A stretch of DNA of 35,510 bases. Source: Balneolaceae bacterium. Lineage in GTDB: Bacteria > Bacteroidota > Rhodothermia > Balneolales > Balneolaceae. The notes beneath the pieces were generated by a model. It saw only the letters and a program-made list of their open reading frames with translations. It was not told where the DNA came from and searched no databases. Where the stretch lies: the NCBI GenBank assembly GCA_007129085.1, contig SKWF01000117.1, positions 1-35,510 on the forward strand, written 5' to 3'. The stretch's first letter is position 1. Each line of letters starts with the position of its first letter. Made by a program: the position numbers and the translations under genes. Shown piece by piece: positions 19,416-27,299 of this stretch.

Positions 19416-19605
19416 GGCAGTACCGGGTAGAGTTATACCAGAGGCAAGGTGAGCGGATGTGCAGAGGTATGGCTTAGCGGGAGTAACGAGTGTACATATA
19501 GCTACTGTCCGTTTGATAAGCCACTTCATGTACCAGGACGCTCATTATTGCGGACCCTCTGATCTAATGTCCATCACCAACAGAGAGCAATGCCGCTCCG
19601 CTATC

Positions 19606-19908
19606 TTACCAGCGAAGCAGGTTCACTTTGGTGATATCAACTGAGAGGTTGTTCCGGAAAATGGCGATGATAATTGCCAGTCCCACTACGGCTTCAGCGG
19701 CCGCAACAGAGAGTGAGAAAAACACAAGGATCTGTCCGGCTATATCTCCGTGGTATGCACTAAATGAGATTAGGGAAAGGTTTACGGCGTTCAGCATCAG
19801 CTCAACACACATAAAAATAACAATCGCATTGCGGCGGATAAGTACGCCAATAATTCCAATCGTAAATAAAATTGCGCTAAGTGCTAAATACCAATCAATG
19901 CCGATCAT
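19606..19908 (-). CDS. nuoK: NADH-quinone oxidoreductase subunit K
   Basis: [36 protein letters not shown]; 4-bp overlap with nuoJ. Confidence 0.96.
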   Translation of the reverse strand: MIGIDWYLALSAILFTIGIIGVLIRRNAIVIFMCVELMLNAVNLSLISFSAYHGDIAGQILVFFSLSVAAAEAVVGLAIIIAIFRNNLSVDITKVNLLRW

Positions 19909-20426
19909 TCAGTTTCTCCACTGTCTTTAACTTTATATTGAGCAATCAAAAGAGCTCCTACAACAGCAGCCGTTAACAGGATAGCCGTCATTTCGAATGC
20001 AAACAGATAATCTGTATAAAATACTTCAGCAATCGCCTCTACAGTTCCAATTTGAACCATTTCAGATGAGACTTCAGGCAGCATATCGGTAACACCTCCA
20101 AGACTATAGAGTATCTGGCCAAATATTACCACACCTAAGAGAAAAGCTACTAAGTATTTGATGCGAAATTTATCGAACAGACTTTCCTCTTCATCTACAT
20201 TTAACAGCATTATAACAAAGAGGAACAGCACCATAATCGCACCGGCATAAACCAGTATTTGTATCAGGGCAAGGAACTGGGCCTGCAAAAGCAAGTAGAC
20301 CCCGGCTATCGATACAAGGTTTAATACCAACAACAGTGCGCTGTTTACGGTATTCTTATTTAAGATCATTCCAAGTGCTGTGGCAATCGCCAAAACAGCT
20401 AAAAGTACAAAAGCGTACGTTTCCAT
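19905..20426 (-). CDS. nuoJ: NADH-quinone oxidoreductase subunit J
   Basis: [38 protein letters not shown]. Confidence 0.96.
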   Translation of the reverse strand: METYAFVLLAVLAIATALGMILNKNTVNSALLLVLNLVSIAGVYLLLQAQFLALIQILVYAGAIMVLFLFVIMLLNVDEEESLFDKFRIKYLVAFLLGVVIFGQILYSLGGVTDMLPEVSSEMVQIGTVEAIAEVFYTDYLFAFEMTAILLTAAVVGALLIAQYKVKDSGETE

Positions 20427-20623
20427 TCGGTAGTTTTATTTGTTAAGGCTTTGAAGGTACCCAAATTTAAAAATGGCTTCAAGCAAATCGAGTCTATTTT
20501 TATCTTTTTTTCTCGCGGGGAATATAAACGGCTTCCTCACCGAAAGACCATTCAACTATGAACTCCCAAAAAGACTCGACTACTAAGGTAATGATTTCAA
20601 CATGGAAGTTTATCTAAAAATTA

Positions 20624-20642
20624 CATCAAATATTATTTGATG
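20624..20642. promoter_or_regulatory. 19-bp palindrome, candidate operator
   Basis: CATCAAATA-T-TATTTGATG in the 522-bp divergent nuoJ/moxR region. Confidence 0.35.
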
Positions 20643-20948
20643 GAGTTAGAGCAGAGTGGATATGCCGTTCCAAACTATAGCCCACTTCTTTTTTTAGAGG
20701 TTTTTGAAAATCAACCTATAGCAACAGTATGAATTTATATAGACCAGTTCTCTTAGCAATAATCTTTAATTTAAATAATACCGTGCATTAGATATTCGTT
20801 AATTTCATTTTAAAATAATCCTATCGATATCTTCCTGTGTGAATAAACGTGCCAAGCGTTGCTAATTGTAGCGATTATTCGTTCTTTTAACCCACCAATT
20901 TATCTTAAACAGGTTTACCCAATACAATATTAAACTGATTATTAGCTG

Positions 20949-21947
20949 ATGGAATCAAACATAGACATGAAAGCACTCAATGAAAAAATTGAACTGAAAA
21001 GTCAATTCATTGATGACATCTACAAAGAGTTGGAAAAAGTTATTGTAGGGCAAAAATATATGATTGAACGCCTGATGATTGGGCTGCTCTCTGATGGGCA
21101 CGTACTTCTTGAGGGTGTTCCGGGACTTGCCAAAACGCTAACAGTCTCTTCATTATCTCAAGCAATCAACACAAAGTTTCAGCGAATTCAATTTACCCCG
21201 GACCTGCTCCCCGCCGACCTGATCGGTACACTTATTTACAACCAGAAAGAGGCGGACTTTACCGTTAAAAAGGGGCCGATTTTCTCCAATATTGTTTTGG
21301 CTGATGAGATCAACCGTTCCCCTGCCAAAGTACAGAGTGCACTTCTTGAAGCGATGCAGGAGAAGCAGGTTACCATTGGCGATAAAACGTACCCGCTGGA
21401 TAAGCCGTTCTTGGTACTGGCCACGCAAAACCCGGTAGAGCAGGAAGGTACATACCCCCTCCCTGAGGCACAGGTAGACCGATTTATGCTAAAATTAAAG
21501 GTAGGCTACCCATCCGATACAGAGGAGCTTGAGATTATGCGACGTATGGCCAAGACGGGAGATAAGCCAAAACTTAAATCGGTTATTGAACCGGAAAAAA
21601 TATTGGAAGCTCGTGAAGTCGTAAACGAAATTTATACCGATGAAAAGGTTGAGAAGTATATCATCGATCTGGTTTTTGCCACACGAAACCCTGAGAAGTA
21701 TAACATGAGTGACCTGAAAGACCTGATCGATTTTGGCGGCTCTCCAAGGGCATCCATCAATTTGAACCTGGCAGCCAGGGCCCACGCCTTTATGGAACAT
21801 CGCGCCTATGTTACACCCGAGGATGTTCGGTTCATCGCAATGGATGTACTGCGCCATCGAATTATTCCTACGTTCGAAGCTGAAGCAGAAAATATCACCA
21901 CCGAAGATATTATCTCTAAAATTCTATCAACGGTTCCGGTACCTTAA
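20949..21947 (+). CDS. moxR: MoxR-family AAA+ ATPase (MoxR proper)
   Basis: HVLLEGVPGLAKT, RIQFTPDLLPAD, LADEINR, ATQNPVEQEGTYPLPEAQVDRF, GGSPRA, VLRHR. Confidence 0.94.
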   Translation: MESNIDMKALNEKIELKSQFIDDIYKELEKVIVGQKYMIERLMIGLLSDGHVLLEGVPGLAKTLTVSSLSQAINTKFQRIQFTPDLLPADLIGTLIYNQKEADFTVKKGPIFSNIVLADEINRSPAKVQSALLEAMQEKQVTIGDKTYPLDKPFLVLATQNPVEQEGTYPLPEAQVDRFMLKLKVGYPSDTEELEIMRRMAKTGDKPKLKSVIEPEKILEAREVVNEIYTDEKVEKYIIDLVFATRNPEKYNMSDLKDLIDFGGSPRASINLNLAARAHAFMEHRAYVTPEDVRFIAMDVLRHRIIPTFEAEAENITTEDIISKILSTVPVP

Positions 21948-22166
21948 ATAAGGCCGCACCGTCATTAATGAGATCATCTTGCGCTCCTGCTAAAGAACGT
22001 ATGACTGAACTTATAAGTGTTATAATTGAATTATAGGTTATCTTCTTAATTTATTATTTAAGTATTTACAAGATAACTTTGGCTTTATACATTTTACTGA
22101 TTCCTTGCATCTATTCTTATTAATTGGTTCATTGAGTCAGTTATAACGGTAAAAAAATGTAAACGT

Positions 22167-22415
22167 ATGAAAATAAAGTTAGTACCCCGGACCAAAGTTA
22201 GAGTTTCACGTAAGTCCAGTTCTAAATATCAGTCATTAAAAGATGCACTTGCCAAACTAAAGCCAGACGGAAAGGCGATTCAGGTAAAGTATTCGAATGA
22301 TAAAGAGTTGGTGTCGTACCGCAATATCGTCTATTCTCATAACCGAGAAAATGACCGTAAAATCAGAAGCAGCGCAGACCCTGCAAACAAAGTTCTGTAC
22401 TTTTATGTAGAGTAA
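22167..22415 (+). CDS. Small basic hypothetical protein (82 aa), possibly nucleic-acid binding
   Basis: Stand-alone ORF with A-rich leader and downstream terminator; K/R-rich N-terminus, SKY motif, C-terminal VLYFY strand. Confidence 0.75.
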   Translation: MKIKLVPRTKVRVSRKSSSKYQSLKDALAKLKPDGKAIQVKYSNDKELVSYRNIVYSHNRENDRKIRSSADPANKVLYFYVE

Positions 22416-22521
22416 CTGTTATCAAATCACTTCCTAAGCCATCCGGAAAACTTAGACTCTCTTTACAATATGGGTATCTTAGCTGTTCAACTGTAAAGAA
22501 AGTTTACTTTTTCACCGATAT

Positions 22522-22557
22522 AAAAAAAGGGCTCCCGATTTCTCGGGAGCCCTTTTT
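22522..22557. terminator. Bidirectional intrinsic terminator
   Basis: A7-GGGCTCCCGA-TTTC-TCGGGAGCCC-T5. Confidence 0.92.
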
Positions 22558-22590
22558 AATTTGTTGAAGAATTAGATTTTAAGATTGCTC

Positions 22591-24516
22591 TTAATCTTCA
22601 TCCTCATTGTCTTTGTCTTTTTCAGCAAGCTTCTCAGCTAAGCCGGATACTTCACCAAGTGTTGGTGTACCGGTTTCAACTTTTCCACTGTCTGATGACT
22701 TTTTCTTCGCTTTCTTTTTCTTCTTAGGTGCTTTCTTGGTGTCACTTTCAATCTGGGAGATTTCAATCGTCTTGCTTGACTCATCAAACTCAACAACAAA
22801 TCCTTCAACCTTATCACCTTCGGAGAACGCTTCGTTTACATCTTCAACCGGCTCTTCAAGCTTATCGCCCGGTAAAAATGCATCGGCTCCAAGCGGCAGT
22901 TCAATGAATACACCTTTGTCTGTAACTTTGGTGATTTCACCTTCTACTTTGGTTCCGAGTCCATACTCTTCAGCATATTTTTCCCAGGGATTGTCTTCTA
23001 CCTGTTTATGGCCGAGAGTAATACGTCTGTTTTCAAAGTCAACGGCAAGAATTACTACTTCAAGCTCTTCTCCTTTGTCTACAGCTTCGTTTGGATGATC
23101 TACGTTTTCCGTCCAGCTCAGGTCTGATACGTGAACCAGTCCATCAATTCCGGGTTCGAGTTCAACAAACACACCAAAGTTGGTGAGGTTTCGAACTTCC
23201 CCTTTGTGCTTCGATCCAACCGGGTATCTTTCGAGAAGATCTTCCCATGGATCTTTTTCAAGCTGCTTAACACCGAGTGAGATTTTCTTCTCATCTTCGT
23301 TGATGTTCAGAACAACACATTCAATAATGTCATCTTTCTGAACCAGCTGTGATGGATGCTTAATGTGCTGTGTCCAGCTCATTTCACTAATGTGGATCAA
23401 GCCTTCAACACCTTTCTCAAGCTCAATAAATGCACCGTAATCCGCAATAGAAACTACGCGGCCCTGTACTCTGAGGTTATCAGGATACTTGGTATTGATT
23501 TCGGTCCATGGGTGAGGTTGAAGCTGCTTAAGACCCAATGAAACTCGTTTAGACTTCTCATCGAAGTCGATAACCGCAACGTTGAGTCGCTGGTCGAGCT
23601 TAACAATCTCATCGGGATGATCAACACGTCCCCATGATAGGTCTGTAATGTGAAGCAGTCCGTCTACACCACCAAGATCGATAAATACACCGAAGTCTGT
23701 GATATTCTTCACAATACCTTCGAGAACCTGACCGGCTTCGATTGTTTCAAGAATTTCTTCACGCTGCTCCTCAAGGTCAGACTCAATAAGAGCTCTGTGA
23801 GATACAACAACGTTTTCTGCCTGCATGTTGAGCTTAACAACCTGGAATTCCATGGTTTTGCCAACATAGGCGTCAAAATCGCGAACCGGACGCACATCAA
23901 TTTGTGATCCCGGCAAGAAGGCATCGATGCCAAATACATCCACAACCATACCACCTTTAATACGACGCTGAATTGTACCTTCAATAACTTCTCCGGTATC
24001 AAACGCCTCTTCGAGGTTTTCCCATGCCTGCAGAATGTCTGCTTTTCGGCGGGAGAGTATCAGTTGCCCTTCTCTATCTTCTACCCTGTCGAGAAATACT
24101 TCAACTTCATCTCCGGGCTTCAGGTTTTCAAGAACTTTGTTAGAAAATTCGTTAACCGGCACAATCCCTTCAGATTTAAAGCCGATATCTACAATTACAT
24201 ACTTATCGTCTACAGATACGACAATTCCGGTAACAATCTCTTTCTCTTCAATCTCGCTAAGGGTATTTTCATACATCCCGGCGAGTTCGTGGAATTCTTC
24301 ATCTGTATAATCTTCTGATGCAGCTTCAAGCTGATCTAAAGTAAACGTTTCACCGGCTACTTCTCCGGTAAATGTAGGCAATACTTTTTGCGCTTCTTCT
24401 TTTTCTCCCTCGGTTTCTGTGCTTTCTTCTTGCACTTCCTCAACAGCAGCTTCTTCAGCTACAGCAGTATCTTCCGTTTCTTCGTTTTTGTTATTTTTGT
24501 TTAAATCTTCTGACAT
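22591..24516 (-). CDS. rpsA: 30S ribosomal protein S1 (ATG at 24516; ORF track starts at TTG 24519)
   Basis: Six S1 repeats (DIGFKSEG, AFLPGSQID, VDGLLHITDLSW, EGLIHISEMSW, DGLVHVSDLSW, ADAFLP); lies downstream of cmk. Confidence 0.98.
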   Translation of the reverse strand: MSEDLNKNNKNEETEDTAVAEEAAVEEVQEESTETEGEKEEAQKVLPTFTGEVAGETFTLDQLEAASEDYTDEEFHELAGMYENTLSEIEEKEIVTGIVVSVDDKYVIVDIGFKSEGIVPVNEFSNKVLENLKPGDEVEVFLDRVEDREGQLILSRRKADILQAWENLEEAFDTGEVIEGTIQRRIKGGMVVDVFGIDAFLPGSQIDVRPVRDFDAYVGKTMEFQVVKLNMQAENVVVSHRALIESDLEEQREEILETIEAGQVLEGIVKNITDFGVFIDLGGVDGLLHITDLSWGRVDHPDEIVKLDQRLNVAVIDFDEKSKRVSLGLKQLQPHPWTEINTKYPDNLRVQGRVVSIADYGAFIELEKGVEGLIHISEMSWTQHIKHPSQLVQKDDIIECVVLNINEDEKKISLGVKQLEKDPWEDLLERYPVGSKHKGEVRNLTNFGVFVELEPGIDGLVHVSDLSWTENVDHPNEAVDKGEELEVVILAVDFENRRITLGHKQVEDNPWEKYAEEYGLGTKVEGEITKVTDKGVFIELPLGADAFLPGDKLEEPVEDVNEAFSEGDKVEGFVVEFDESSKTIEISQIESDTKKAPKKKKKAKKKSSDSGKVETGTPTLGEVSGLAEKLAEKDKDNEDED

Positions 24517-24580
24517 CAATATTTCCTGTTAATAATTACCACATTTCGGCTTTCGAAATGGGATTAAGTTATGGTTATAG

Positions 24581-25240
24581 TTAAATCGTTAGTTTACTCT
24601 TTATAATGGCCGACATTTCGTCAACCTGCTCTTCAAACGTTTTTCCCGTTGTATCAATTCGAATTGCATCTTCTGCTTTTCGCAGCGGATCTGCCTTCCT
24701 GTTTTGATCGGTATGATCACGCATCTTTACATTCTCAAGAACCTCGCTGTAACTCACATCATTCTGTTTCGATTTCATCTCTTCAAAACGTCGTGATGCT
24801 CGCTCTTCTATCGAGGCATCCATATAAAACTTAAGATCCGCATCAGGAAAAACCGCAGTTCCCAAATCTCGTCCATCCGCAATAAACGTGTCGTGCTTCA
24901 CCATGTCGCGCATAACACTGTTTACGTAAGAACGAGCCTGTTTTGCAGTAGCGATTTCGCTAACATGCTCGGAAACCCGTCCGGTTCTTATAAAACCGGT
25001 AACATCTTCTCCACCTATTTCGACGGAAAATTGGTCTCCATCACTGGAGGCTTTCAAATTAACACTCGGCAAATTTTTAAAGAACAACTGTTTTTCCGGT
25101 TTACCGGCTTCGAGCCATTTGTAAGTCAACGCCCTGTAAAGTGCGCCTGAATCCAAAAATTTTAGATTAAGACGATTTGCTAACTCTTTAGCCGTTGAAC
25201 TTTTTCCGGACCCGGCCGGCCCATCTATAACAATGATCAT
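24581..25240 (-). CDS. cmk: Cytidylate kinase
   Basis: IDGPAGSGKSS, LDSGALYRA, DGRDLGTAVFPDA, RD..D..R...PL. Confidence 0.97.
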   Translation of the reverse strand: MIIVIDGPAGSGKSSTAKELANRLNLKFLDSGALYRALTYKWLEAGKPEKQLFFKNLPSVNLKASSDGDQFSVEIGGEDVTGFIRTGRVSEHVSEIATAKQARSYVNSVMRDMVKHDTFIADGRDLGTAVFPDADLKFYMDASIEERASRRFEEMKSKQNDVSYSEVLENVKMRDHTDQNRKADPLRKAEDAIRIDTTGKTFEEQVDEMSAIIKSKLTI

Positions 25241-25366
25241 TTCAGAGACTGGTTAAAATAGTTTTTTTGGCAGTAACATTCAATCGGTTCTTGTTACTTA
25301 AATTTAATAGCCTTAATTTTATGAGCTTTAAAATAACAAGTATTAAACGGTAATAACCAATTTCTT

Positions 25367-25618
25367 ATGCCACAGCATAAATCAGCCATAAAAAGACTGC
25401 GCCAAAACAAAAAACGTCAGATGCGCAACAAAACACGTCGTTCTACAATGAGAAACCTCATAAAGGACGTTTTACAAGAAACTGACAAGAAAGCAGCCGA
25501 GGAAAAACTGACGAAAGCTTTCAGTTATATCGACAAAAACACTTCCAAAGGTATCCTGCATGCAAACACTGCGGCCCGGAAGAAAGCACAGCTGAATAAG
25601 CACGTTAACAACCTCTAA
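25367..25618 (+). CDS. rpsT: 30S ribosomal protein S20
   Basis: MPQHKSAIKRLRQ, KGILHANTAARKK. Confidence 0.97.
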   Translation: MPQHKSAIKRLRQNKKRQMRNKTRRSTMRNLIKDVLQETDKKAAEEKLTKAFSYIDKNTSKGILHANTAARKKAQLNKHVNNL

Positions 25619-25622
25619 TCTA

Positions 25623-27146
25623 TTGAGTAAAAAGAAGGAAAAAGCTCTACTTGTCATACTGGACGGATTTGGCATTGCGGAAGATGCAAGTGTCAGTGCG
25701 GTTGAAAAAGCAGACAAACCTTACTACGACTCTCTTTTAGAGAAGTATCCACACGCAACATTATCAGCAAGTGGTGAAGATGTAGGTTTACCCGAAGGTC
25801 AGTTTGGAAACTCCGAAGTCGGCCACCTGAATATTGGTGCCGGCAGAATTGTATGGCAAGAACTCACCAGGATTAATAAATCCATCAACGAGGGAGACTT
25901 CTTCGAAAACCCGGTTTTGACCGAGAGTTTCAAAAGGGCAAAAGAGCGTGGTAAAATCCACATTATGGGCCTTTTTTCTGATGGTGGTGTCCACAGCCAC
26001 AACAACCATCTGTTTGCACTCCTGCAGATGGCAAAAAAGTACGAGCTTAAGAACACGTATGTACATGCCTTTACTGATGGACGAGACACCTCGCCCAACG
26101 GCGGCATTGAGTATTATAAGGAGTTCCGGAAAAAGGCAGGCAAGATCGGCACCGGTGAAATTGCATCCGTGGTGGGACGATATTACGCCATGGATCGCGA
26201 TAATCGCTGGGAACGCACCGAAAAAGCGTACAACCTTTTGGTTCGGGGAATAGCACCCGCATCTGACTCTGCAGAAGATGTTTTTAACAACTCCTACGCC
26301 GACGGTGTTACTGATGAGTTCATCAAACCGTATAAAATACGCACCAAAGAAAACAGCAGGATTGAGCCCGGCGATATTGTGATTTATTACAATATTCGTG
26401 GCGACCGCGCCCGGCAGATTACAAAATCTCTGCTCAGTTTTGACGAAGTTCCTTTCGAAAAGGAGATGCTCAATCTTCACTACTCTACATTTACATCGTA
26501 TGATGACCTCTTTAACGATCACGTGCATGTTGCCTACCCACCGCTTCGGCTTCAAAACACGCTTGGAGAGTATGTAAGCAAAAAAGGATTGAAACAGCTC
26601 CGAATTGCTGAAACGGAAAAGTATCCGCATGTAACATACTTTTTTAATGGCGGAGAAGAGACGCCCAATCCCGGCGAAGAACGAATTATGGTACAGAGCC
26701 CAAAAGTGGCCACCTACGATTTAAAACCGGAGATGAGCGCCGAAGAAGTTGCCGACAAACTTTGTGAACAGCTTACGAGTGAAAAGCACGATCTTGGCAT
26801 TCTAAATTTTGCCAACCCCGATATGGTGGGCCACACCGGTGATTTTGATGCCACCGTGCAAGCCATCGAGTTTATTGACAAACAACTGAAAAAAGTTGTA
26901 GAAACAGCACAGAAACACTCTTACAGCGTTGTTATAATTGCCGATCACGGTAATGCCGATCAGATGATTCAGCCTGACGGCAGCGCCCATACGGCTCACA
27001 CAACTTCCCTTGTTCCCGTGGTAGTTGTAAGTCAAAAAAATATCGAGTCATTAAAAGATGGTAAGCTGGCTGATGTGTCTCCTACTCTTTTGAAACTGCT
27101 CGAACTCGAACAGCCCGAAGAGATGACAGGCACCCCACTTTTCTAA
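25623..27146 (+). CDS. gpmI: 2,3-bisphosphoglycerate-independent phosphoglycerate mutase (TTG start)
   Basis: ILDGFG, GNSEVGHLNIGAGR, SDGGVHSH, DGRDT, GRYYAMDRD, AETEKYPHVT, NFANPDMVGHTG, ADHGN, HTAHT. Confidence 0.97.
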   Translation: MSKKKEKALLVILDGFGIAEDASVSAVEKADKPYYDSLLEKYPHATLSASGEDVGLPEGQFGNSEVGHLNIGAGRIVWQELTRINKSINEGDFFENPVLTESFKRAKERGKIHIMGLFSDGGVHSHNNHLFALLQMAKKYELKNTYVHAFTDGRDTSPNGGIEYYKEFRKKAGKIGTGEIASVVGRYYAMDRDNRWERTEKAYNLLVRGIAPASDSAEDVFNNSYADGVTDEFIKPYKIRTKENSRIEPGDIVIYYNIRGDRARQITKSLLSFDEVPFEKEMLNLHYSTFTSYDDLFNDHVHVAYPPLRLQNTLGEYVSKKGLKQLRIAETEKYPHVTYFFNGGEETPNPGEERIMVQSPKVATYDLKPEMSAEEVADKLCEQLTSEKHDLGILNFANPDMVGHTGDFDATVQAIEFIDKQLKKVVETAQKHSYSVVIIADHGNADQMIQPDGSAHTAHTTSLVPVVVVSQKNIESLKDGKLADVSPTLLKLLELEQPEEMTGTPLF

Positions 27147-27299
27147 AATTTTTCCACGTATTTTTATGTTGGCAAAACCGGGCAGTCTGCTTGCTTTTGC
27201 CACCACTCACCGCTACTTTCGTAACAGAGGTGAACTAAAAAAAATCTTCACTCGTTACGGTACGTAACTCAAACAATCCAAACGAAAGCAGGTCCCGAT

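Noticed and set aside
19246-19605. tmRNA or RNase P RNA (size fits, about 360 nt)
   Set aside because: No tRNA-like GGGG.../TTCRA...CCACCA ends and no GAGGAAAGTCC or ACAGAA.CCGGCTTA motifs on either strand.
19459-19644. 61-aa plus-strand ORF
   Set aside because: GTG start, overlaps nuoK antisense, random-looking composition.
20838-20856. Sigma54 promoter on the minus strand (TTGGCACG)
   Set aside because: The -12 GC is missing at the required spacing.
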